Origin: Actinomycetes bacterium
Lineage (GTDB): Bacteria > Actinomycetota > Actinomycetes > JACCUZ01
DNA: 37,211 nucleotides
Direction: 5' to 3'
Assembly (NCBI GenBank): GCA_036499185.1
Contig: DASYEF010000180.1
Coordinates: 1 to 37,211 of the forward strand
A model generated the notes under the pieces. That model was not told where the DNA came from. It saw only the letters and a program-made list of their open reading frames with translations, and did not search any database. Each line of letters begins with the position of its first letter. Within the stretch, counting starts at the first letter, position 1. The translations under genes and the position numbers were made by a program. Below, one piece after another: positions 1-8,892 of the stretch.

Positions 1-1177
1 TCCCGACAGTCCTGCAGCAACCAAGATGCTCGCCCTGCTCCGGTACGTCGACGGGGATCTCGACGACGACGCGACCTACGCAGCGATGTCCACCGAGATG
101 GGCACGAGCGCCGGAGCACTCTTCTACCTGGAGGTGCCACCACCGCTGTTCGGCAGGATCGCAGAGGGCATCGCGGGAGCCGGGCGCGCCGCGGGTGCTC
201 GGGTCATGGTCGAGAAGCCGTTCGGCACCGACCTGGAGAGCGCGCGGAGCCTGAACGAGACGATGCACCGGGTCTTCCCCGAGGACAACGTCTACCGGGT
301 CGACCACTGGCTCGGCCTGGACCCGCTGGAGAACGTGCTGTTCGCCCGCTTCGCCAACTCCATCCTCGAGCCGTTGCTCAACAGGACTTACGTCGCGAGC
401 GTCCAGATCACGATGGCCGAGACGTTCGGTGTGGCGGACCGCGGCCGGTTCTACGACCACACCGGCGCTATCCGCGACGTGCTGCAGAACCACATGCTGC
501 AGGTCCTCGCCAGCGTCCTGGCCGACCCCCCTTCCGGCGCGGGCGGCGACTCGTGGCTCGCGGCAAAGTCGAACATCATCGGCTCGCTGCGACCGCTCGA
601 TCCTCAGCACACCGTTCGGGGCCAGTACGACGGGTACCTCGACGTCGAGGGGGTCGCGCCCGGCTCCACCACCGAGTCCTACGTCGCAGTCGGTCTGGGC
701 GTGGACTCCTGGCGCTGGGCCGACGTCCCGATCGTCATCCGGGCCGGGAAGTGCCTCCCGGTCACGGCGACCGACGTCTCGTTCAGGTTCCGGCACCCGC
801 CACGTGAGCTCGTGGCTCCGTTGCCCCTGTCGGCTGCGAACCGCCTGCGGTTCCGGATCTGGCCCGAGAGCGAGCTGGGGCTCACCCTCGTCGGCAAGCA
901 GCCCGGCGCCGGCTGGGCCCCCGAGGCTCAGGAGCTCGCGTTCGCCCAGGAGGCTTCCGGCGACATGCGCCCCTACGACCGGCTGATCGGAGCGGCGCTG
1001 GACGGGCAGCGGTGGCTGTTCGCGCGACAGGAGACGGTCGAGGCCTCCTGGCGGGTCGTCGACCCGGTCCTCGGGGACGCGACACCCGTCGCCCGCTACG
1101 CGCCGGGGAGCTGGGGCCCGGTGGGGGCTGACGCCCTGCTGCCCGAGGGTGAGCCCTGGTACGACCCGAAGGCCTGA
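1..1177 (+). CDS. zwf: glucose-6-phosphate dehydrogenase, C-terminal ~390 aa (5' end outside the window)
   Basis: The frame is open from the left edge through the listed Met at 26 to TGA 1175-1177. The translation carries G6PD hallmarks: VEKPFGTDL, YRVDHWLG (RIDHYLGKE-type active-site block) and RDVLQNHMLQVL. Confidence 0.85.
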   Translation, partial: PDSPAATKMLALLRYVDGDLDDDATYAAMSTEMGTSAGALFYLEVPPPLFGRIAEGIAGAGRAAGARVMVEKPFGTDLESARSLNETMHRVFPEDNVYRVDHWLGLDPLENVLFARFANSILEPLLNRTYVASVQITMAETFGVADRGRFYDHTGAIRDVLQNHMLQVLASVLADPPSGAGGDSWLAAKSNIIGSLRPLDPQHTVRGQYDGYLDVEGVAPGSTTESYVAVGLGVDSWRWADVPIVIRAGKCLPVTATDVSFRFRHPPRELVAPLPLSAANRLRFRIWPESELGLTLVGKQPGAGWAPEAQELAFAQEASGDMRPYDRLIGAALDGQRWLFARQETVEASWRVVDPVLGDATPVARYAPGSWGPVGADALLPEGEPWYDPKA

Positions 1178-1206
1178 CGGGACCGGCTCTGGGGCAGGGT
1201 TGGCCC

Positions 1207-2454
1207 GTGACAACCATCGGCGGCGCGGACCGGACGCTGTCCGAGGACGAGGTACGCCGATTCGTCCTCGACAGCCTCGCCGGCGCCGACGTCGACGGGC
1301 GCAGCGTGTGCCTCCTCGTGCCCGACGGCACCCGCAGCTGCCCGCTGCCGCTGCTGCTCGAAGCCGTGCACGAGGCCCTGCACGGCCGGGCGTCCAGAGT
1401 CACGGCCCTCGTCGCGCTCGGCACCCATGCGGCGATGGACGAGGCCGCGCTGGCCCGGCACCTGGGTCACCCGCCGGGCGCCCTGGCCGAGCGCTATCCG
1501 GGGATGTCGGTGCGCAACCACGAGTGGTGGGACCCGGCGACCTTCGTGTCCGTCGGGACGATACCGGCGCACCGCCTGGCCGAGCTGTCCAGCGGTCTGC
1601 TGGCCCAGGACGTCGACGTCCTGCTCAACCGTGCCGTCGTCGAGCACGACGTGACACTGATCGTCGGCCCGGTGTTCCCCCACGAGGTGGTCGGCTTCTC
1701 CGGCGGCAACAAGTACCTCGTCCCCGGCGTAGCCGCGCAGGGCGTCATCGACGTGTCGCACTGGCTCGGTGCCCTGATCACCAGTGCGCAGATCATCGGG
1801 ACGACAGGGACGACGCCGGTCCGCGCACTCGTCGACGAGGCGGCGGCGCTGGTGCCGGGACAGCGGCTGGCCCTATGCGTCGTCGTGGAGCCCGGTACGC
1901 CGGCGCTGCACGCCATGGCGTTCGGTGTACCGGAGGAGGCGTGGGCCGCCGCGGCGGCCGTCTCGGCGGAGGTCCACATCCGCTACCTCGACCGATCCGT
2001 GCGCCGGGTGCTCTCGCTCGTCCCCGAGAAGTACCCCGACCTCTGGACGGGCGCCAAGGGCTTCTACAAGGTCGAGCCGGTCGTCGCCGACGGCGGCCAG
2101 GTGATCCTGTACGCCCCGCACATCGGCGAGGTCGCAGCGATGCACCCTCGGCTGCTCGACATCGGCTACCACTGCCGGGACTACTTCCTCGGCCAGTGGG
2201 ACCGGTTCCGTGACGTTCCCTGGGGCGACCTCGCGCACTCGACCCACCTGCGCGGTGCCGGGACGTGTAGCGCCCACGACGGGGAGCGGTGCCGGGTGAC
2301 CGTCACGCTGGCCACCGGGATCGCGCCCGACGTGGTCCGATCGATCGGGCTGGACCATCTCGACCCCGGCGCCGTCGACCTGGAGGCCTGGCGCGCGGAC
2401 CCCGACACACTGATAGTGGAGCAGGCCGGCGAGGTCCTGCACCGGCTGCGCTGA
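1207..2454 (+). CDS. LarA-like (lactate racemase N-terminal domain / DUF2088 family) protein
   Basis: 415-aa ORF with a GTG start 30 nt after the zwf stop. VPDGTRSCP and HEVVGFSGGNKYLVPG resemble the DHTRP and GFSGGxK (cofactor-tethering Lys) blocks of LarA-family proteins. Third-position GC is high. Confidence 0.65.
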   Translation: MTTIGGADRTLSEDEVRRFVLDSLAGADVDGRSVCLLVPDGTRSCPLPLLLEAVHEALHGRASRVTALVALGTHAAMDEAALARHLGHPPGALAERYPGMSVRNHEWWDPATFVSVGTIPAHRLAELSSGLLAQDVDVLLNRAVVEHDVTLIVGPVFPHEVVGFSGGNKYLVPGVAAQGVIDVSHWLGALITSAQIIGTTGTTPVRALVDEAAALVPGQRLALCVVVEPGTPALHAMAFGVPEEAWAAAAAVSAEVHIRYLDRSVRRVLSLVPEKYPDLWTGAKGFYKVEPVVADGGQVILYAPHIGEVAAMHPRLLDIGYHCRDYFLGQWDRFRDVPWGDLAHSTHLRGAGTCSAHDGERCRVTVTLATGIAPDVVRSIGLDHLDPGAVDLEAWRADPDTLIVEQAGEVLHRLR

Positions 2455-2521
2455 TCTGTCGGGCGTCCCGGGCCGGGTATGGTTGCCCGACGGCAACTGA
2501 TCTCGATGTCGGGTAGGTGAC

Positions 2522-3343
2522 GTGTACTCAACCTTCGTCGCCCTGGGCGACAGCTTCACCGAGGGCCTGGCCGACCTGCGCCCCGACGGTACTTACCGCG
2601 GCTGGGCAGACCTCGTAGCGACCGAGCTCGCCGCCGGCGAGGCGGGGTTCCGCTACGCGAACCTCGCCGTCCGCGGGCGCCGCCTGTCCCAGATCGCCGA
2701 GGAGCAGGTCCCGCGGGCGCTGGCCATGCGCCCCGACCTGGTCACGATCGCTGGCGGCGGCAACGACATCATCGGCTTTCGCTGCGACGTCCCGGCGCTG
2801 ACCCGCTCCATGCGCGAGGTGCTCGAGCAGCTGCACTCCACCGGCGCGACCCTACTGGTGTTCGCCGGGTTCGACCCGCGCGGCCGGCTGCCACTGGGCC
2901 GCCCGCTCGCCGCCCGCGCCGCGGCGTACAACGCGTCCCTGGTCGGTGCTGCCCACGACGTCGGTGCCTACGTCGTCGACCTCTGGCACCTGCCGGAGCT
3001 CTACCAGGACGACATGTGGGCGCCCGACCGGCTGCACCTGAGCTCCCGCGGCCACGAGCTGATCGCGTCCACGGTGCTGCACACCCTGGGTGTCCCGACC
3101 TCCGCGGGCACGGAGCACCTCGCGGAGGTCGCCGCGGCGGCCCGGCGGTCCTGGCTCGCCGCCCGGCGCTCGGACGCGGTGTGGTTCCGGAACTACTTCG
3201 CGCCGTGGGCCGGGCGCAAGCTGCGCGGTCGCTCCATGGGCGACGGCCTCGCGGCCAAGCACGAGGAGCTCACGGCGCTGGCCGAGCCGCAGCAGGACCC
3301 GTCCATGGCGGGGAATCCCTCGGGGTCACCCGAGGTTCCTTAA
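2522..3343 (+). CDS. SGNH/GDSL-family hydrolase (lipase/esterase)
   Basis: Block I GDSFTEG with the catalytic Ser near the N-terminus, block III GGGNDI, and block V DRLHLSSRGH (Asp-x-x-His). Confidence 0.8.
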   Translation: MYSTFVALGDSFTEGLADLRPDGTYRGWADLVATELAAGEAGFRYANLAVRGRRLSQIAEEQVPRALAMRPDLVTIAGGGNDIIGFRCDVPALTRSMREVLEQLHSTGATLLVFAGFDPRGRLPLGRPLAARAAAYNASLVGAAHDVGAYVVDLWHLPELYQDDMWAPDRLHLSSRGHELIASTVLHTLGVPTSAGTEHLAEVAAAARRSWLAARRSDAVWFRNYFAPWAGRKLRGRSMGDGLAAKHEELTALAEPQQDPSMAGNPSGSPEVP

Positions 3344-3377
3344 CCCCTAGCCTCTGGAGGCGTGGAAGGGGTGCGGG

Positions 3378-5285
3378 ATGGCCGGTGACGCCGCCACCTC
3401 GGGGGACGAGTGGCGAGCGCGGTCGACCTGGGCGCGCGGTCGGTCCGCGCCGCTGCGGGAGTTCCTGCGCACCGAGGCCGGCAGCGCCGGCATCCTCGTG
3501 GCCGCCGTGGTCGCCGCGCTGGTCTGGGCCAACGTCGACGCGAGCTCGTACGACGACTTCTGGTCGACCCACCTCACGATCCGCCTCGGCGACACCGGCC
3601 TGTCCTGGGACCTGCGCACCTGGGTCAACAGCGGGCTGATGACCTTCTTCTTCCTCGTCGTGGGCCTGGAGGCGCGCCGTGAGTTCGACCTGGGCGAGCT
3701 GCGGGACCGCCGTCGATTCGTCCTCCCGCTGGCGGCCGGGCTGGTCGCCATGGTCGTGCCCGTCCTGATCTACCTGGCCGTGAACCACGGCGGCCCCGGA
3801 GCCGGCGGGTGGGGGGTCGCGATGTCCACCGACACTGCGCTGGCTCTGGGCCTGCTCGCCGTCCTCGGTCGCGACGTGCCCGATCGGGTCCGGGCCTTCC
3901 TGCTCACCGTGTTCGTCGTCGACGACATCGCCGCGCTGGTCGTCATCGCGGTCGTCTACAGCGACTCCATCGTGCTGCTCCCCCTCCTGGCGGCATGTGT
4001 CGTGCTGGCCGGCGTCGTGGCGGCCCGGCTGCTCGGCCTGCGCCAACGCTGGCTCTACACCGTGCTCGGCGTGGCGTTGTGGGCAGCACTGGTCCGGAGC
4101 GGGATCGAGCCGGTGGTGGCCGGCCTCGCGATCGGACTGACGGCGACGGCCTACACACCCTCGCGAGTCGCGCTCGAGGAGGCCACCAACCGGGTTCGCG
4201 AGTTCCGCGAGCAGCCGACGGCTGAGCTCGCCAGGTCCGCGAGGACCGGCCTCACCTTGACCCTGTCGCCGAACGCCCGGCTGCAGACCTTCTACCACCC
4301 GTGGACGAGCTACGTGATCGTCCCCGTGTTCGCCCTCGCCAACGCCGGCATCGTCGTCGACGGGAGCTTCCTGCGGGACGCAGCCACCTCACCGGTGACC
4401 CTCGGTGTCCTGCTGGGCTACGTCGTCGGCAAGCCGGTGGGTCTGGTCGCCACGGCGTGGCTGGTGACCGTCGCAACCAGGGGCCGGGTCCGCCCGCCGG
4501 TCGGCTGGGCGGCGGTGACCGGGAGCGGCACCCTGGCCGGCATCGGGTTCACCGTGTCGCTGCTCGTCGCGTCACTTGCGTTCCACGGGGAGCGGCTGGC
4601 CGAGGCCAAGATCGGGGCGCTCGCGGCGGTGGTGGTGTCCTCGGTCCTGACATGGGCCGTCTACCGCGTGACCGCGACGTTCTCGACCGAGCGGCGGGCC
4701 CGGGCGCTACTCGGCACCTCGGAGCAGATGCTCGACCTGGTCCCGGCGGTCGACCCGGAGCGTGACCACGTGCGTGGCCCGGACGTGGCATCGGTCACGG
4801 TCGTGGAGTACGGCGACTTCGAGTGCCCCTACTGCGGTCGCGCCGAGCCGGTCGTGCGGGACCTGCTGGCCGACGAGGATATCCGCTACGTGTGGCGTCA
4901 CCTGCCACTCACCGACGTCCACCCGGCCGCACAGCTCGCCGCCGAAGGAGCTGAGGCGGCCGCCGCGCAGGGCGCTTTCTGGCCCATGCACGACCTCCTG
5001 CTGGGGCATCAGGACGACCTGCGACCCAAGGACCTCGTGCGTTACGCGGGCGAGCTCGGCCTGGACACCGACCGGTTCCAGGACGACCTGATCCGCCACG
5101 TGCACGCCGCCCGCGTCGCCCAGGACGTCGAGTCGGCGGACCTCAGCGGGGTGTCCGGTACCCCGACCTTCTTCGTCAACGGCCAGCGCCACTACGGCGC
5201 CTACGACATCGCGACACTTCAGACCGTGGTCAAGACGGCCCGGCTGCGCGCCGTCGCGGTGCCCCGCGCCCCGGTCCCGGGCTGA
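3378..5285 (+). CDS. nhaA: Na+/H+ antiporter NhaA fused to a C-terminal DsbA-like thioredoxin-fold domain
   Basis: The N-terminal ~430 aa are polytopic with NhaA-type blocks (FFFLVVGLEARREFDLGEL, FVVDDIAALVVIAVVY, VPVFALANAG). The C-terminal ~175 aa (from about nt 4760) carry VVEYGDFECPYCG, a CxxC thioredoxin/DsbA motif. A GGAAGGGG Shine-Dalgarno lies before ATG 3378. Confidence 0.85.
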   Translation: MAGDAATSGDEWRARSTWARGRSAPLREFLRTEAGSAGILVAAVVAALVWANVDASSYDDFWSTHLTIRLGDTGLSWDLRTWVNSGLMTFFFLVVGLEARREFDLGELRDRRRFVLPLAAGLVAMVVPVLIYLAVNHGGPGAGGWGVAMSTDTALALGLLAVLGRDVPDRVRAFLLTVFVVDDIAALVVIAVVYSDSIVLLPLLAACVVLAGVVAARLLGLRQRWLYTVLGVALWAALVRSGIEPVVAGLAIGLTATAYTPSRVALEEATNRVREFREQPTAELARSARTGLTLTLSPNARLQTFYHPWTSYVIVPVFALANAGIVVDGSFLRDAATSPVTLGVLLGYVVGKPVGLVATAWLVTVATRGRVRPPVGWAAVTGSGTLAGIGFTVSLLVASLAFHGERLAEAKIGALAAVVVSSVLTWAVYRVTATFSTERRARALLGTSEQMLDLVPAVDPERDHVRGPDVASVTVVEYGDFECPYCGRAEPVVRDLLADEDIRYVWRHLPLTDVHPAAQLAAEGAEAAAAQGAFWPMHDLLLGHQDDLRPKDLVRYAGELGLDTDRFQDDLIRHVHAARVAQDVESADLSGVSGTPTFFVNGQRHYGAYDIATLQTVVKTARLRAVAVPRAPVPG

Positions 5286-5313
5286 GCCGATGTCCAGCGC
5301 CTGGAACAGCTGG

Positions 5314-5340
5314 GTACTCGCGTTGATGTGGCGCGAGTAC
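5314..5340 (+). terminator. perfect 9-bp stem hairpin (GTACTCGCG / CGCGAGTAC, 9-nt loop) after nhaA; terminator or operator
   Basis: Read directly from the sequence. It lies 29 nt after the nhaA stop and 40 nt before the next start. There is no clear U-tract, so the terminator role is tentative. Confidence 0.3.
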
Positions 5341-5379
5341 GTTCCGAACATCTGCCGTCCGCGCTAGGGGAGAACACCT

Positions 5380-6183
5380 ATGACCGACGCACCGCGCATC
5401 CCTGTCGTCTTCATCCATGGTCTCTGGCTGCACTCGAGCTCCTGGCAGCCATGGGTCGACCTGTTCCAGGAGAAGGGGTACGACGCCAGTGCGCCGGGCT
5501 GGCCGGGCGACTCCGAGACCGTCGAGGAGACCCGGGCCGACGCCGACGCCGTGGCCGACTTCGGCGTCGACGCCGTGGCCGACCACTACGCCACCTACAT
5601 CAAGGGCCTGCCGTCGCTGCCGATAGTGATCGGCCACTCGTTCGGCGGTCTGCTCGTCGAGCGGCTGCTCGGGGACGGCAAGGCCCGGGCGGGCGTGGCG
5701 ATCGACGCGGCGCCCATCAAGGGCGTCCTGCCGCTGCCGATCTCGGCGCTGCGGGTGGCCTTCACCGCCCTGAAGAACCCCGGCAACATCGACGCCGCGA
5801 TCTCGCTCACGGAGGAGCAGTTCCACTACGGCTTCGGCAACGCGCTCACGCCCGAGGAGTCCGCCGACCTCTTCGCGAAGTGGAACATCCCATCGCCGGC
5901 CCGGCCGCTGTTCCAGGCGGCGGGCGCGAACTTCAACCCGCACGCGGAGACGGCCGTCGAGACCGACAACGAGGACCGCGGGCCGCTGCTCATCACGATG
6001 GGCGGCAAGGACCACACGGTGCCCGAGGCGATCAGCAAGTCGACCTACAAGAAGTACCGCAGGTCCGCGGCGGTCACCGACATCATCGAGTTCCCGGATC
6101 GCGGTCACTCCCTCACCATCGACAACGGCTGGCGCGAGATCGCCGACTCGGTCCTGTCCTGGCTCGAGGAGAAGGGCCTCTAG
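5380..6183 (+). CDS. alpha/beta-fold hydrolase
   Basis: VVFIHGLW oxyanion region and nucleophile elbow GHSFGG. An AGGGGAGA Shine-Dalgarno lies upstream of ATG 5380. Confidence 0.8.
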   Translation: MTDAPRIPVVFIHGLWLHSSSWQPWVDLFQEKGYDASAPGWPGDSETVEETRADADAVADFGVDAVADHYATYIKGLPSLPIVIGHSFGGLLVERLLGDGKARAGVAIDAAPIKGVLPLPISALRVAFTALKNPGNIDAAISLTEEQFHYGFGNALTPEESADLFAKWNIPSPARPLFQAAGANFNPHAETAVETDNEDRGPLLITMGGKDHTVPEAISKSTYKKYRRSAAVTDIIEFPDRGHSLTIDNGWREIADSVLSWLEEKGL

Positions 6184-6190
6184 CGGTACG

Positions 6191-6225
6191 GCGGGCGGCC
6201 GGCCGGATCCGGTTTGGCCGCCCGC
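6191..6225 (+). terminator. GC-rich 10-bp stem hairpin (GCGGGCGGCC / GGCCGCCCGC) after the hydrolase gene
   Basis: Inverted repeat read directly, beginning 8 nt after the stop at 6183. No U-tract follows. Confidence 0.3.
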
Positions 6226-6245
6226 TGCCGGGCAACACGTCGGGC

Positions 6246-7220
6246 ATGACGAGCATCGAGGGCCGCCCCGCCCCGGACGACCCGCGCAAGCCCGACTCCG
6301 TCACCGACGTCTCGGGGCGGCGGTTCGCCCACGTCGTCAAGCGGGCGGCCAGGGAGTTCCGCGCGGACAACTGCACGGACTGGGCGGCCAGCCTGACCTA
6401 CTACGGGGTCCTGGCGATGTTCCCGGCGATCATGGCCCTCACCTCGCTCATCGGCCTGGTCGGCAACCCGCAGACGACGACCGCCAACCTGCTGAAGATC
6501 ATCGACCAGTTGGGACCCTCGAGCGCGGTCGACACGTTCGCCAAACCGGTCCAGCAGGTGGCGCGCAGCCAGGCGGCCGGTCCGGCGCTCGCCCTCGGCC
6601 TCGTGCTCGCCCTGTGGTCCGCATCGGGCTACGTCGGGGCGTTCGGCCGCGCGGCCAACGCGATCTACGAGGTGGAGGAGGGCCGCCCCTTCTACAAGCT
6701 GCGTCCCGTGCAGCTCCTGGTGACCCTCGTGTGCGTCGTCCTGCTCGCTGTGGTCGCCCTCTCCATCGTGGTGACCGGTCCGCTGGCCCGCGCTGTCGGC
6801 GACGCGGTCGGTCTCGGATCGGTCGCGGTCACCACCTGGGACATCGCGAAGTGGCCGGTGCTGGCCCTCATCGTCAGCGGGATCTTCTCGCTGCTCTACT
6901 ACGCGACCCCCAACGTGCGGCAGCCCCGGTTCCGCTGGTTCACCGTCGGCGGTGTCATCGCGCTCGTCGGGTGGGTTCTCGCCTCGCTCGGCTTCGCGTT
7001 CTACGTCAGCAACTTCTCGTCGTACAACAGGACCTACGGCTCCTTGGCGGCCGTCGTCGTGTTCCTGGTGTGGCTCTGGATCTCCAACCTGGCGCTGCTC
7101 TTCGGCGCCGAGTTCGACGCCGAGCTGGAGCGCGAGCGGGAGCTCGCCGCCGGCATCCCGCACGCCGAGCAGACCATCCAGCTCCCGCCGCGCGACACGG
7201 CCACGATGTCCGGCAGCTGA
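6246..7220 (+). CDS. YihY/BrkB (ribonuclease BN-like) family integral membrane protein
   Basis: ATG 6246 is an internal start of the long ORF 5328..7220. The upstream part of that ORF is Arg/Pro-rich and overlaps the hydrolase gene in another frame. WAASLTYYGVLAMFPAIMAL and about six hydrophobic segments are typical of the family. Confidence 0.8.
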   Translation: MTSIEGRPAPDDPRKPDSVTDVSGRRFAHVVKRAAREFRADNCTDWAASLTYYGVLAMFPAIMALTSLIGLVGNPQTTTANLLKIIDQLGPSSAVDTFAKPVQQVARSQAAGPALALGLVLALWSASGYVGAFGRAANAIYEVEEGRPFYKLRPVQLLVTLVCVVLLAVVALSIVVTGPLARAVGDAVGLGSVAVTTWDIAKWPVLALIVSGIFSLLYYATPNVRQPRFRWFTVGGVIALVGWVLASLGFAFYVSNFSSYNRTYGSLAAVVVFLVWLWISNLALLFGAEFDAELERERELAAGIPHAEQTIQLPPRDTATMSGS

Positions 7221-7334
7221 GCCTCCCAGCCGATGGGGGCAGGCCCACCGGCCGGTTGAGATTGACGGTCCTCGACCGGGGCACACCACCGGTATGGCCG
7301 CACCATCGGGGGATCATGAGATCGGGGCGGTCGC

Positions 7335-7769
7335 GTGAGGCCCGGCCGGACCTTCTGGGTGCTGCTGGCCGCGACGCTCGCCGGCCTGGTGGCCGGCTCG
7401 GTGTGGGTGCGGCTCGCGGACCCGGCGGTGACCGCGCCGCGGCCGGTCGCCAGTCCTGGCCCGGCGAGCCCGACCGGGCCCACCACGTCCGCCCCCGCGG
7501 CCACCGACGCGGCGCGGCAGGCTCAGGACACGACCCCGGCGACGGGCTCGGCGACCCGGTCGGCGTCTCGGAGCGGGACGGGGACGGTGACCACCTCGAC
7601 GCGAGCTGTCCGGGCGGGCCGGTCGTCGGCTCCTACGCCGACGATGACGACCTCGACGACCTCGACGACCTCGGCGAGTGCAGGGGCCACCGTCACAGGG
7701 TCCCCGGCGACCTCGGCCGGGGCCACCGACCCGCCCTCGCCGTCCGGGTCGGATTCCCCGGCGGGCTGA
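7335..7769 (+). CDS. hypothetical membrane-anchored Ser/Thr/Pro-rich protein
   Basis: GTG start, one N-terminal hydrophobic segment (FWVLLAATLAGLVAGSVWV), then a low-complexity S/T/P/A region. Third-position GC is very high in this frame. No family recognised. Confidence 0.45.
   Translation: MRPGRTFWVLLAATLAGLVAGSVWVRLADPAVTAPRPVASPGPASPTGPTTSAPAATDAARQAQDTTPATGSATRSASRSGTGTVTTSTRAVRAGRSSAPTPTMTTSTTSTTSASAGATVTGSPATSAGATDPPSPSGSDSPAG
7647..7673 (+). repeat. perfect 3 x 9-nt tandem repeat (ACGACCTCG) encoding TTS-TTS-TTS
   Basis: Read directly from the sequence; lies inside the S/T/P-rich ORF. Confidence 0.8.
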
Positions 7770-7832
7770 CCCGCGGGGGACTCACCCGCCGTCCGTGTTC
7801 CACGGGCCGCCGTCCCGTGACACGCTCAGCGA

Positions 7833-8852
7833 GTGTCCTCGGCGGCCTGGCGCTACACGCGGCGCGGCCTCGGGTTGGCCGTGACGGGGGTCTCGCTCTA
7901 CCTGGTCGCCCCCAGCCTGCTCACCGTCTTCGACGCGTGGCCCGAGCTGGGTGAAGTCCGGCCGTGGTGGTTCGCGGTCGTCGTGGTCCTCGAGTCGGCC
8001 AGCTTCGTCAGCCTCTGGCTGCTGCTGCGCATCGCGCTGCAGACCAGGACGTGGTTCGACATCGCCAGCTCGCAGCTGGCGTCGAACGCCGCGAGCCGCA
8101 TCATCCCGGGCGGCGCCGCGTCGGGCAGCGTCATCCAGGCCACCATGCTCGTCGGCGCCGGCTATCGGCCGGCCGTGGTGGGCTCGGCGCTCGGCGCCGC
8201 CGGGCTGCTGACCACCGGCATGCTGATGGCCCTTCCGGTGCTGACGCTGCCGGCCCTCGCTACCGGGCTCCGGCTGGCCCACCAGCTCCAGCTCGGCCTC
8301 ATCGTGTCCCTCATCCTCGCGGTGGCACTGGTCGCGGTGGGCTTCGCCGTGCTCACCTGGGACCGCGTCGTGCACGTCGTGGCGCGCGCGGCGGGGGTCG
8401 TCGTGGCCCGCGTCCTGCGCAAGGGGGACGCCAGGGAGACGGCAGCCCGCGTGGTGGCCGAGCGGGACCGCGTAGCGGCCGCGTTCGACGGGCGATGGCT
8501 GCGCGCGCTGGCGAGCGCTGCAGGCAACCGGATGCTCGACTACGCCACGCTCGTCGCTGCCATGGTGGCTGTCGGCGCGCACCTACGCCCGAGCGTCGTG
8601 CTGGTGGCGTACGTCGGCGGGATGGCGCTCGCCCTCGTCCCGCTCACACCCGGTGGCCTGGGGTTCGTCGAGACCGGGCTGACCGGCCTCCTCGTCCTGG
8701 CGGGGGCGGACCCCGAGCAGGCGGTGGCCGGCACCTTGCTCTACCGCCTGGCGTCCTACTGGCTGCCGATCCCGCTCGGCGGCGTCGCGTGGGCATCCTG
8801 GCGCGTCCGGCAGGCTCGGCACGCCCGGGCCGCGCGCAGCCTCACCCGCTAG
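7833..8852 (+). CDS. flippase-like / lysylphosphatidylglycerol-synthase TM-region (UPF0104, YbhN-like) membrane protein, copy 1
   Basis: Polytopic 339-aa ORF. The C-terminal block LTPGGLGFVETGLTGLL...LYRLASYWLPIPLGG is characteristic of the family. Confidence 0.7.
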   Translation: MSSAAWRYTRRGLGLAVTGVSLYLVAPSLLTVFDAWPELGEVRPWWFAVVVVLESASFVSLWLLLRIALQTRTWFDIASSQLASNAASRIIPGGAASGSVIQATMLVGAGYRPAVVGSALGAAGLLTTGMLMALPVLTLPALATGLRLAHQLQLGLIVSLILAVALVAVGFAVLTWDRVVHVVARAAGVVVARVLRKGDARETAARVVAERDRVAAAFDGRWLRALASAAGNRMLDYATLVAAMVAVGAHLRPSVVLVAYVGGMALALVPLTPGGLGFVETGLTGLLVLAGADPEQAVAGTLLYRLASYWLPIPLGGVAWASWRVRQARHARAARSLTR

Positions 8853-8892
8853 CGGTGAGGCCCCGGCCGCCCGGGACCAGCACGGTGCTGGC

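Noticed and set aside
2867-2877. T-loop-like GGTTCGA motifs here (also near 8044, 24844 and 32094) were checked as possible tRNA genes.
   Set aside because: All lie inside well-supported CDSs, and none has an acceptor stem, anticodon arm or D-arm arrangement around it. No tRNA, rRNA, RNase P, SRP or tmRNA signature was found in the window.
3270-4298. 342-aa ORF antisense to nhaA. Similar long alternative-frame ORFs occur at 882..1424 -, 1149..2213 +, 6180..7289 -, 6614..7954 + and 8842..10086 -.
   Set aside because: The translations are Arg/Pro/Gly/Asp-rich low-complexity sequence with no motifs. They lie opposite or out of frame to genes with clear family signatures. Long open frames on non-coding strands are expected at this GC content.
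5328-6245. N-terminal 306 codons of the listed 630-aa ORF 5328..7220.
   Set aside because: This part overlaps the alpha/beta hydrolase gene in another frame and is Arg-rich junk. The YihY/BrkB homology begins at the internal ATG 6246.
7228-7312. CCGATGGGGG / CCATCGGGGG similarity and a CCGGTTGAG / CTCGACCGG hairpin (7251-7278) in the gap after the YihY-family gene.
   Set aside because: The first pair is only a short imperfect direct repeat. The hairpin is a plausible but weak terminator (9 bp with a G-U pair, no U-tract), and nothing sets it apart from GC-rich background.
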